Source: Planctomycetota bacterium
GTDB lineage: Bacteria > Planctomycetota > SZUA-567 > H5-PLA8
Direction of reading: 5' to 3'
Length of the DNA: 24,394 nucleotides
NCBI GenBank assembly: GCA_045863855.1
Contig: BTVV01000095.1
Span: forward strand, 1-24,394
Part shown: positions 16,880 to 24,394 of the stretch, one piece after another
How the letters are laid out: every line of letters starts with the position of its first letter
How positions within the stretch are numbered: position 1 is the first letter of the stretch
Notes under the pieces: generated by a model
Told to the model about the DNA's origin: nothing
Databases searched by the model: none
What the model saw: the letters and a program-made list of their open reading frames with translations, nothing else
Position numbers and translations under genes: made by a program

Positions 16880-16901
16880 GAGTGAACCGGGAGGTTCGCT
16901 T
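16880..16901 (+). terminator. Stem-loop after the small ORF (possible terminator or 3' stabiliser)
   Basis: GAGTGAACC-GGGA-GGTTCGCTT with two G-U pairs. No clear U tract. Confidence 0.3.
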
Positions 16902-16975
16902 AAGCCGAGTTTCACTTACGCTTTCTGCCCGTAATTAAGAATCCGCAGAAACCTGCATCCTTGCGAGCAAGGGCA

Positions 16976-17350
16976 TCACGTTTCGAAGCGTTCAATCAGC
17001 TGAACCGCTTCCTGGATGACATCCTGTGCGGCTTTGCCTACTTCGGCCGTGGAGCCCGTCTTGGCGCGCTTCTCCAGTTCGCGCGCCGCGGCACTCGCCC
17101 GCTCGGCATGAAAGACCCCGAAGCTGCCTTTGAGCTTATGCGCCAAGTCGGCCAGTTGGCGCATCGAGCCGGCCTGGCTCGCCGCCTTGAGTTCAGCTTC
17201 CAGATGGGGCCATTCTTCGAGAAACGATTGCTCCAATTCGGCAAGTATGGTGCGGTCGCCTCCGACATCCGACAGCAAGGCTTCGCGGCCGTAGACCAGG
17301 CTCGGCGTGGTGGATTCCCTGCGCACGGGGGCCAGTTCGATACCGTTCAT
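16976..17350 (-). CDS. Stand-alone Hpt (histidine phosphotransfer) domain protein (124 aa)
   Basis: REALLSDVGGDRTILAELEQSF...LAHKLKGSFGVFHA...ARELE. AGGAGG RBS before ATG 17350. Confidence 0.88.
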   Translation of the reverse strand: MNGIELAPVRRESTTPSLVYGREALLSDVGGDRTILAELEQSFLEEWPHLEAELKAASQAGSMRQLADLAHKLKGSFGVFHAERASAAARELEKRAKTGSTAEVGKAAQDVIQEAVQLIERFET

Positions 17351-17674
17351 GGTTGATCCTCCTGGAGGCTGCGCTCTTTGCGGCACCGACTCCTTCGGCC
17401 TGCGGGGCCGACGAGGTTTATTGGTATCACTTCCCATGCCAACTCTCCTTGATCGCGTAACGCTCGGAGTCAAAAATGATTATGGGATCGCATTCGATTC
17501 GGCATCCGCAAGTTTGGACGGCTTGGCGCCAAGCGTTCGACCGATTGACCGGAATACGAGAATCTACCCATGCTTAAATCTTACACGTGCAGTCCGGAGA
17601 CGGAATTCTTGTCTCGCCCCGCCTTGGCGAGTACAAGGTAGGAGTACGTGCCCCATTCTAACGGAACGAGTTCC

Positions 17675-19618
17675 ATGACGGCTTCAGAATCCGATCCATT
17701 GGAGGGTCTCGACGAAGCGGTGGCGTTGCGCCGCTTGGTCGATGGCACCGCCACGGCCACCGGCACGCGCTTTTTCGCGGCGCTGGTGGAGAACCTCGCG
17801 CAGGTGCTGCATACGCACGGAGCGTGGGTGACGGAGTATCTGCCCGAATCGCGGCGCCTGCGGGCGCTGGCATTCCGCCTGGGCGACAGCTGGGTCGAGA
17901 ACTACGAGACGCCGATCGACGGGACGCCGTGCGCGCGGGTGATCGACGAGACGCGGCTGGTGCATATCAAAGACGGGCTGCTGGATCTGTATCCCGAAGA
18001 TCCCGACATCAAGCAGGTGGGCGCGACGAGCTACCTGGGCATGCCGCTCCTGGATCTGGACGGACGCGTGTTGGGGCACCTGGCGGTGATGGACCGCCGC
18101 CCGCTGCCGGCCGATCCGCGCGCGGAGGCGCTGTTCAAGATCTTTGCCGCTCGCGCCGCCGCCGAATTGCAGCGCTTGCGCGCCGAACAGGAACTGCGCG
18201 AACGCGAGGAGCGGCTCTCGCGCCTGATTGCCAGCGCCATGGACGCAATCGTGGAACTGGACGAAGCGTTGCGCGTGACGCTGATGAACCCGGCGGCGGA
18301 AAAGGTCTTCTGCTGTACGGCGGGGCAGGTGGTGGCCAAGCCCTTCAGCCGCTTCCTGACGAGCGACAGCTTCGAGAAACTGGGCCGACTGGCGCGGGAT
18401 CTGGATCGCCGGCCTCGCGGGGAGCGCTACCTCTGGATTCCCGGTGGCCTGCAGGCGCGGCCGGACGGGTCGGAAGAGCCGTTCTCGGCGGAGGCGACGC
18501 TCTCGCGCTTCGAAGTCAACCGGCGCGCGTACTACACGCTGATTCTGCGCAACGTCAACGAGCGGCTGGAAGCCGAGCGGCGCATCCGTTCGCTGACGCG
18601 GGAGACGGCGTATCTGAAAGAAGAGCTGCGCGAGCTGCACGGGCTGGGCGAGATTCTGGGCCGCAGCCCGCGCCTGCTGCGCGTTCTGGGCGAAGTGAAG
18701 CAAGTGGCCGATACCGGCGCGACGGTGCTGATCGGAGGCGAAACGGGCACGGGCAAGGAACTCGTCGCGCGGGCGATTCACGGCGCGGGCCGGCGCAAGG
18801 ACAAGGCGCTGGTGCGCGTGAACTGCGCGGCGATACCCGGGACGCTGATCGAGAGCGAGTTTTTCGGGCACGCGAAGGGCGCCTTTACAGGCGCGACCGA
18901 GCGGCGCGAGGGGCGCTTCGCACTGGCCGACGGCGGCACGATCTTTCTCGACGAGATCGGCGAGTTGCCGCTCGCGCTGCAGGCGAAGCTCCTGCGCGTG
19001 CTTCAGGAAGGCGAGTTCGAACCCGTCGGCGCCACACAGACGCGCAAGGTGGACGTGCGGGTGATCGCGGCTACGAACCGCGATCTGGAGTCGGAAGTGA
19101 AAGAGGGACGCTTCCGCGAGGATCTCTTTTACCGGCTGAACGTATTCCCGATCCGCGTGCCGCCGCTGCGCGAACGCGGCGAGGATATTCCGCTCCTGGC
19201 CGAAGCTTTCGCGCGCCGCTACGCCCGGCAGTTGGGGCAAAGCCTGCAACCCTTCACCGACGAAGACGCGGAGCTGCTGAAGAGCTACCGCTGGCCGGGC
19301 AATGTGCGCGAACTTCAAAACGTGATCGAGCGCGCGGTGATTCTGGCCAAAGGCGGGCGGCTGGAGCTGGCGCGCGCACTGCCCGAAGGCGCCGCGCCGC
19401 GGCTGCTGGCGCGTTCGGTCGGCGGCCCAGCCGATGCGCCGGAGGCGATCCGCACGGTGGACGAGATCCAGGCTTTCGAGCGCGCGAACCTGATCCGCGC
19501 GCTGGAAGCGACACAGTGGCGCGTCAGCGGTGAAGGCGGCGCTGCTCAACTATTGGGTATGAAGCCCTCCACGTTGGCCTCGCGCATGAAATCTTTGTGT
19601 ATCGAACGTCCGGAGTAG
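17675..19618 (+). CDS. sigma54-dependent enhancer-binding activator, GAF-PAS-AAA+-HTH (FhlA/NifA-like)
   Basis: GAF (GTPC...SYLGMPL...GHLAVMD), PAS (MNPAAEKVF), Walker [43 protein letters not shown] and C-terminal [17 protein letters not shown]. Alternative start GTG 17648. Confidence 0.95.
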   Translation: MTASESDPLEGLDEAVALRRLVDGTATATGTRFFAALVENLAQVLHTHGAWVTEYLPESRRLRALAFRLGDSWVENYETPIDGTPCARVIDETRLVHIKDGLLDLYPEDPDIKQVGATSYLGMPLLDLDGRVLGHLAVMDRRPLPADPRAEALFKIFAARAAAELQRLRAEQELREREERLSRLIASAMDAIVELDEALRVTLMNPAAEKVFCCTAGQVVAKPFSRFLTSDSFEKLGRLARDLDRRPRGERYLWIPGGLQARPDGSEEPFSAEATLSRFEVNRRAYYTLILRNVNERLEAERRIRSLTRETAYLKEELRELHGLGEILGRSPRLLRVLGEVKQVADTGATVLIGGETGTGKELVARAIHGAGRRKDKALVRVNCAAIPGTLIESEFFGHAKGAFTGATERREGRFALADGGTIFLDEIGELPLALQAKLLRVLQEGEFEPVGATQTRKVDVRVIAATNRDLESEVKEGRFREDLFYRLNVFPIRVPPLRERGEDIPLLAEAFARRYARQLGQSLQPFTDEDAELLKSYRWPGNVRELQNVIERAVILAKGGRLELARALPEGAAPRLLARSVGGPADAPEAIRTVDEIQAFERANLIRALEATQWRVSGEGGAAQLLGMKPSTLASRMKSLCIERPE

Positions 19619-19621
19619 CAT

Positions 19622-19677
19622 TCGCGAGTTTCCGTGCTTCCGGCTCGCGATATTTCGCGATTTACGAAAAGTCGTAA
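19622..19677. promoter_or_regulatory. Candidate upstream activator (enhancer) sites
   Basis: TCGCGA-TATT-TCGCGA (19645-19660), TTACGA-AAAG-TCGTAA (19662-19677) and a degenerate TCGCGA-GTTT-CCGTG (19622-19636). All lie 80-130 bp upstream of the -24 box. Confidence 0.6.
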
Positions 19678-19752
19678 GCGACTGAGGCGCGCTCCGTTCC
19701 TTCAAACCCCACATTAGTAAGACCTTACCGAATAATCGAGGTTGCCGCGGCG

Positions 19753-19768
19753 TTGGCATTCCAACTGC
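19753..19768 (+). promoter_or_regulatory. sigma54 (-24/-12) promoter for mddA and the methyltransferase
   Basis: TTGGCATTCCAACTGC, GG-N10-GC, between the sigma54 activator gene and mddA. Confidence 0.7.
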
Positions 19769-19832
19769 CATAGGGGGCACCGCGAGCCGCCTGTGCGGCC
19801 CGTTGGATGGATGAACGGAGGAGGTGAGGGGT

Positions 19833-20609
19833 ATGCAGCGGCATTTGGTTTTGCTCTACGGAGCATGTTCGTACGCGCTGACGCTGGGCGCGTTCGCGTA
19901 CCTGGCAGGCTTCGTGATCGGCTGGGGCACGCCGACGGTGTTGGACGGTCCGGCGCGTCTTTCGTTGCCGGCGGCGCTGGCCGTTAACGCCGGATTGCTG
20001 GCGCTGTTCGGGTTGCAGCACACGATCATGGCGCGGCAAGGCTTCAAGCGCTGGTTGACGCGTTTCGTACCGCAGGCGGCGGAACGGAGCACCTACTGCC
20101 TGGCGACCTGCGTGGCGCTCTTCGTGTTGTACGCGTTCTGGCAGCCGATGGGCGGGACGATCTGGGAAGTGGAAGCCGCGGTGGGGCGCAACTTCCTGTA
20201 TGCGCTGTACGCTTCGGGCTGGGCGGTGGTGCTTTGCACCAGCTTCCTGATCCACCACTTCGATCTGTTCGGCCTGCGCCAAGTCTGGCTGAACTGGCTT
20301 GGCGAGAAATACACCCCGCTGCGCTTCCGCACGCCGGGCCCGTACCGCTACGTCCGCCATCCGCTGTACGTGGGCTGGCTGATGGTCTTCTGGATCACCC
20401 CGTACATGACCGCGGCGCATCTGGTCTTCGCGCTGGGCCTGACGGCCTACATCCTGATCGCGATCCGCTACGAAGAGCGCGACCTCGTGGCGCATTTCGG
20501 ACGCGAGTACGCGGTTTACAGGCGCCGCACGCCGATGCTGATTCCGCGAATACTGAGCGGTTCGGAAGCCGATCGTCCGACCGTGGCCGTGAAGTCTCCC
20601 GTGGCTTGA
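19833..20609 (+). CDS. mddA: Methanethiol S-methyltransferase (MddA; ICMT/PEMT-like membrane methyltransferase)
   Basis: LLALFGLQHTIMARQGFK, ERSTY, FLIHHFDLFGLRQVW, YRYVRHPLY and EERDL...Y..YRRRTPMLIP motifs. Several TM helices. GGAGG RBS. Confidence 0.85.
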   Translation: MQRHLVLLYGACSYALTLGAFAYLAGFVIGWGTPTVLDGPARLSLPAALAVNAGLLALFGLQHTIMARQGFKRWLTRFVPQAAERSTYCLATCVALFVLYAFWQPMGGTIWEVEAAVGRNFLYALYASGWAVVLCTSFLIHHFDLFGLRQVWLNWLGEKYTPLRFRTPGPYRYVRHPLYVGWLMVFWITPYMTAAHLVFALGLTAYILIAIRYEERDLVAHFGREYAVYRRRTPMLIPRILSGSEADRPTVAVKSPVA

Positions 20610-20646
20610 GCCCTATCCCCATCAACCGGAAAAAAGGATGCCGACG

Positions 20647-21798
20647 ATGAACGAAACTCGAATCATGAATCCCCGCAACGCACGCAGCTCCCGGCGCGCG
20701 CGGGCCCGCAACTTCTGGGAACGCTCGCAGAAGCCCGCTCACGATCCAGCCGCCGCGCAAGCCTTCGGCGAAAAGCTGGCCGGCGTGCTGAACTCGGCGG
20801 GATTGGCGCTGATGATTTCGCTTGGTCACCGCAGCGGACTGTTCGACGCAATGGCCGGACAGGGGGCGCTTGGCGCGGAGCAGCTCGCGAAGCGCGCGAA
20901 GCTGAACGAACGCTACGTGCGCGAGTGGCTGGGCGCGATGGTGACGGGCGGCATCGTGCGCTACCTGCCGCACGAACGGACGTACGAACTCCCGGCCGAA
21001 CACGCGGCGTGCCTAACCCGCGCCGCCGCGCCGAACAACATGGCCGCGACGATGCAATGGATCCCCGTGCTGGGGTCCGTAGAGGACGGCGTGCTCGAAG
21101 CTTTCCGCTTCGGCGGCGGGGTGCGCTACGAAGCCTACGCGCGCTTTCACGAAGTGATGGCCGAAGAAAGCGCGCAGACGACGGTGGCGGGCTTGCACGA
21201 GCACATCCTGCCGCTTGTGGACGGGCTGAAAGCACGCCTGGACTCCGGCATCGAGGTGCTGGACATCGGTTGCGGCGCGGGGCGCGCGCTGAATGCCCTC
21301 GCCGCGGCGTATCCGAACAGCCGCTTCACCGGCTACGACTTCTCGGAGGAGGGTATCGCGCGCGCGCGCGCGACGGCAGCCGACGCAAAGCTCGAAAACG
21401 TCCGCTTCGAAGTCCGCGACGCCGCGCGGCTGGGCGAATGCGAGCGCTACGATCTGATCACCGCATTCGATGCGGTTCACGATCAGGCCGATCCCGTGGG
21501 CGTACTGGACGGCATCGCCGCGGCGCTTAAGCCCAGCGGAGTCTTCCTGATGCAGGATATCCACAGCAGCAGCCATCTGCATAAGAACCAGGCGCATCCG
21601 CTGGGGCCGTTTTTGTACACGATTTCCTGCATGCACTGCATGACCGTCTCGCTGGCGCAGGGCGGGGCGGGGTTGGGCACCTGCTGGGGCGTGGAACTCG
21701 CCCAGGAGATGCTCGCCGGCGCCGGCTTCGCCCGGGTGAGTGTGCACACGCTGCCGCACGACGCCTTGAATGCCTACTTTGTGGCGCGGAAAGCGTGA
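20647..21798 (+). CDS. Class I SAM-dependent methyltransferase with N-terminal winged helix (Rv2258c-like)
   Basis: LGHRSGLF, LNERYVREWL, VLDIGCGAG, GYDFS, AFDAVHD and YTISCMHCMTVSLAQGG motifs. Start uncertain (20638/20647/20665). Confidence 0.9.
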   Translation: MNETRIMNPRNARSSRRARARNFWERSQKPAHDPAAAQAFGEKLAGVLNSAGLALMISLGHRSGLFDAMAGQGALGAEQLAKRAKLNERYVREWLGAMVTGGIVRYLPHERTYELPAEHAACLTRAAAPNNMAATMQWIPVLGSVEDGVLEAFRFGGGVRYEAYARFHEVMAEESAQTTVAGLHEHILPLVDGLKARLDSGIEVLDIGCGAGRALNALAAAYPNSRFTGYDFSEEGIARARATAADAKLENVRFEVRDAARLGECERYDLITAFDAVHDQADPVGVLDGIAAALKPSGVFLMQDIHSSSHLHKNQAHPLGPFLYTISCMHCMTVSLAQGGAGLGTCWGVELAQEMLAGAGFARVSVHTLPHDALNAYFVARKA

Positions 21799-21932
21799 GT
21801 GCGCGGGGTCGCTCGGACGGGCGCGGGGCTGCTTCGGCGGCCCCGCGCTATTGGTGTGGCCGGTTGCGGCTGGGCTTTGGTTGAATTAAGGCTCACGGAG
21901 GGTAAGGTAAAGGACGATTTAATGTACGGTAA

Positions 21933-22595
21933 ATGGAGCGCCGCGCCGGGATGGCCGCCAGCGAATCCCAGACCCTGACCTTGCCTGGAAGCGCGGCCCT
22001 TCATGCCGAGCCCGCGTCCTCTGCGCTGGCTCCCTCGCTGCTGAATTTGATCCTGCGGCACGCCAAACTGGTGCGGCTTTGGGTGGGCGCAATTCCCGTC
22101 GCGCTGGCGCTGCTCTTGTTCGCTATAAAACGCAACGAGTGGATCGCGGGGCTTAAGCAGCCGCTCGAAGAGACGGCGCTCTTCGTGCTGGGCTTCGGCA
22201 TCCTGGGCACACTGGCGCGCTACGCGGCCACGCGGCATCCCTTTTTTCTGTGGTATGCGGGGCTGTGCGCCGCCTTCTTCTGGCGCGAAGTTCACCTGAA
22301 GCATTCTTCGACGGTGATGTACCTCGCGCTGGCGATTCTTTTCGTATGGGCCTGGCGGAAGTACGAGCGCCTCTGTCCGTATCTCGGCTCGCGGCTCCTG
22401 AACAGCGTGGTGTTCATGACCCTGGTCAGTTACATAGGTTCGCAGGTGATCGATAAGAACTTCCGGCCCGAACTGCTCAGCGACCGCTATCTGTACGATC
22501 CGATCGAAGAGAGCTTGGAGATCCTGGGCCATGCGGCGCTGGCGCTGGCGGCCTGGACGGTGCGTGCGCCCTCCAACGCTCCGGCCGAGACCTGA
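21933..22595 (+). CDS. Hypothetical polytopic membrane protein (about 6 TM)
   Basis: Alternating hydrophobic helices with FWRE and IEESLE motifs. Start may be 21951. A TTGAAT-16-TAAGGT promoter-like sequence lies at 21881-21908. Confidence 0.72.
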   Translation: MERRAGMAASESQTLTLPGSAALHAEPASSALAPSLLNLILRHAKLVRLWVGAIPVALALLLFAIKRNEWIAGLKQPLEETALFVLGFGILGTLARYAATRHPFFLWYAGLCAAFFWREVHLKHSSTVMYLALAILFVWAWRKYERLCPYLGSRLLNSVVFMTLVSYIGSQVIDKNFRPELLSDRYLYDPIEESLEILGHAALALAAWTVRAPSNAPAET

Positions 22596-22596
22596 A

Positions 22597-23733
22597 TCAA
22601 GGCCGCGGCGGCGCTTCGGCTGGCCGGCTCCAGTATTCCTTCGGCAGATCCACGAGTACGATCTTTCCTTCCTGCGTGAACAGATCGAGGACCATGCCGC
22701 CGACGAAGCGGCTGCCGTCGCGCTTGAAGCTGACCAGCCCGGTGTAGCGCGGCTTCTTCTCGTAATGCAGGTGCCCCGGCCGGTTGAACCAGGTCAGGCG
22801 CTCTTTGCCCGTCCCGTCGGCACGCATGATCCACCAATCGGCGCCGTGGTTCGCGTTGCCCACGCTGCTCATCCAAACGATATGCCGTCCGTCGGGCGTG
22901 TAGACGGGATGCTCGTTGTATCCCTCGGAGGTCAACTGCACGAGGCCGCGGCCGGTGCGGGCGTCGAGCGTGAAGATCTGCTGCGTCCAGACCGATGGCT
23001 GGTTCACGCTGGAGCAGATCACGAGGCGCTGGCCGTCGGTGGAGAATCCGCTGACCTCGTAGAACGATTCGGGGCCGGGGCGCAAGGTGAGGATGTTGGC
23101 CAGCTTCGGGCCGTCGGGAGATTCGACGAAATCCGCGACCTTGATCTCCCACATCGCAAAGAGCCCCTTGGGATCGAGGAAGTTGGGCCGCTTGACCCGT
23201 GAACTCCAGGCGATGCGCTTGCCGTCGGGCGAGAAGTGCGCGGGCAGGACGCCGTGGTCGTAATCGTTGGGCACGTCGGTGAGGGGCCAGGCCTTCTGGC
23301 CGTCGGGCGTCATGACCCACAGGTCGCTGTAGCCGCCGAAGCCGGGAATGGCCTCGAACGAACCGCCGGGATGCTTTTTCTTTTCGGCGACGAACAGGAG
23401 GTAGCGGCCTTCCGGATGCCAAGCCGGCGCGCCCATGTGGCGGCCGGGCAGTGCCGGGTTGCGGTCCGTCAGACAGACGACGCGCCCGCCGTCGGCATCG
23501 GCGAGGAAGATGTCGTAGTAGCCGTCCTTGCCTTTTTGATCGTACGCGATGCGCTCCCGGCCCACGGGCTCCCAGTCGCTGCCCAAACCGCTGGCGCGGA
23601 AGAGACTGACGCGCACTTCGCGTCCGGCTTCGCCCGGCGCGGGCTGCGGACCGATGCCGCTGGGGGGCGGGCCGCCGGGTTCGCAGCCAGTGAGCAGCAT
23701 CAGAAAACCAAGCATGACGATCAAGGCACGCAT
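22597..23733 (-). CDS. TolB-like/PD40 beta-propeller lipoprotein (378 aa)
   Basis: GGAGG RBS before ATG 23733. Lipobox LLTG|C. Repeated PAWHPEG, FSPDGKRIAW, FSTDGQRL, YTPDGRHIVW and FKRDG blades. Confidence 0.88.
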   Translation of the reverse strand: MRALIVMLGFLMLLTGCEPGGPPPSGIGPQPAPGEAGREVRVSLFRASGLGSDWEPVGRERIAYDQKGKDGYYDIFLADADGGRVVCLTDRNPALPGRHMGAPAWHPEGRYLLFVAEKKKHPGGSFEAIPGFGGYSDLWVMTPDGQKAWPLTDVPNDYDHGVLPAHFSPDGKRIAWSSRVKRPNFLDPKGLFAMWEIKVADFVESPDGPKLANILTLRPGPESFYEVSGFSTDGQRLVICSSVNQPSVWTQQIFTLDARTGRGLVQLTSEGYNEHPVYTPDGRHIVWMSSVGNANHGADWWIMRADGTGKERLTWFNRPGHLHYEKKPRYTGLVSFKRDGSRFVGGMVLDLFTQEGKIVLVDLPKEYWSRPAEAPPRP

Positions 23734-23759
23734 GTTTGTAGTCCTCCGCATTCGCCTAC

Positions 23760-23776
23760 TGCATAGCGTAGGCCAA
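23760..23776 (-). promoter_or_regulatory. Candidate sigma54 promoter for the PD40 lipoprotein
   Basis: Minus strand TTGGCCTACGCTATGCA, GG-N10-GC. Predicted +1 near 23749, just ahead of the GGAGG RBS. Confidence 0.5.
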
Positions 23777-23856
23777 TGCGAAGCGCGCCGGATCGTTGCG
23801 GAGCAGGCCGGATGGTGAGGTACGGAGGCTGTCAAGTTGCCGGGCTTTGCGCTCCA

Positions 23857-23877
23857 CATGCGGGAAATCCCCGCATG
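23857..23877. promoter_or_regulatory. Perfect 8-bp inverted repeat (candidate activator/operator site)
   Basis: CATGCGGG-AAATC-CCCGCATG, about 85-100 bp upstream of the minus-strand -24 box and next to the tRNA promoter region. Confidence 0.45.
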
Positions 23878-23922
23878 CATTCACGTGTTGCCGGGCGAGG
23901 CGCGAGCGGTATAAGGGTGCGC

Positions 23923-24012
23923 GGAGCGGTGTCCGAGTGGCCGAAGGAGCACGCTTGGAAAGCGTGTAAACCCTCACAGGTTTCGTGGGTTCGAATCCCA
24001 CCCGCTCCGCCA
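23923..24012 (+). tRNA. tRNA-Ser (anticodon GGA)
   Basis: Acceptor GGAGCGG/CCGCTCC, discriminator G plus encoded CCA, anticodon stem CACGC/GCGTG with loop TTGGAAA, long variable arm AAACC/GGTTT, T arm GTGGG-TTCGAAT-CCCAC. Confidence 0.97.
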
Positions 24013-24156
24013 GTTTTTTCCCGGTTCGATGCGCCTCGAACGGCCGTGAACGCGAAGCGTTCCCCAAGCAGAAAAAATAGGACTCTTTGGCCCGCTGTGC
24101 GGGCCTCCTTATCCTATGGATATTTAATTTGAAACCGCTCGAACGCCGTGCGGGGA

Positions 24157-24394
24157 TTACTCGCCGGCCAAACCGAGCATCTCGAACCACCAGCCGCGCC
24201 AGGCCTTGACGTCGGTGCCGACGTCCTTCTTGGCCAACTCCTTCAGGGCGCGATGCGCTTCGGTCTTGGATGCGGCGCTGCCGTTTTCGAGGACGCTGAG
24301 CAGGCTGGGCACTGAGCCCAAACCGCGCTGTACGAGCCCCATGGCGGCGACGCTGCGCAGATCGGCGTCGCGGTCGTCCAGCCCCGCCTCGCGC
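24157..24394 (-). CDS. HEAT-repeat protein, 3' end (5' part outside the window)
   Basis: Frame is open to the window edge: REAGLDDRDADLRSVAAMGLVQRGLGSVPSLLSVLE...AHRALKELAKKDVGTDVKAWRGWW. Confidence 0.75.
   Translation of the reverse strand, partial: REAGLDDRDADLRSVAAMGLVQRGLGSVPSLLSVLENGSAASKTEAHRALKELAKKDVGTDVKAWRGWWFEMLGLAGE

Noticed and set aside
22597..23733. Naming this gene tolB
   Set aside because: It has the propeller only, with no TolB N-terminal domain and no tolQRA/pal neighbours, and it is a lipoprotein.
23923..24156. tRNA-anchored genomic island or prophage
   Set aside because: No integrase or transposase, and I saw no duplicate of the tRNA 3' end in the window. Only short hairpins follow the tRNA.
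23756..24190. ORFs overlapping the tRNA and the N-terminal extension of 22597-23880
   Set aside because: They translate tRNA or promoter sequence. The RBS and lipobox support a start at 23733.

Overview
High-GC bacterial chromosomal window, probably from a Planctomycetota-like lineage. That assignment is an inference from the ceramidase-like paralogs, the HEAT proteins ending in W-x-x-W/F-W and the CxxC zinc-ribbon protein. From left to right: (1) the 5' part of glnE on the minus strand, absent from the ORF track. (2) A minus-strand operon of a DegT-family PLP aminotransferase and two neutral-ceramidase-like metallo-amidohydrolases, divergent from an AraC regulator. (3) A plus-strand run of MOSC protein, secreted HEAT-like protein, YegS/DAG-kinase-family lipid kinase, tail-anchored zinc-ribbon protein and Gfo/Idh/MocA dehydrogenase. 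(4) A 1678-aa secreted protein with five 142-144 aa tandem repeats, two PKD/Ig-like domains and an unassigned C-terminal domain, behind a sigma54-type promoter. (5) A divergent 65-aa small ORF with a near-consensus sigma70 promoter and a three-hairpin leader. (6) An orphan Hpt protein. (7) A GAF-PAS-AAA+ sigma54 activator, then palindromic enhancer sites, a sigma54 promoter, mddA and an Rv2258c-like methyltransferase. (8) A membrane protein, a TolB/PD40 lipoprotein with another sigma54-type promoter, tRNA-Ser(GGA) and the 3' end of a HEAT-repeat gene. The best candidates for new biology are the self-contained sigma54-controlled sulfur-methylation module, the putative lineage-specific C-terminal sorting domain on the giant repeat protein, the small ORF with its structured leader, and the aminotransferase/paired-amidohydrolase operon. 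No database searches were run; family calls rest on motif recognition.
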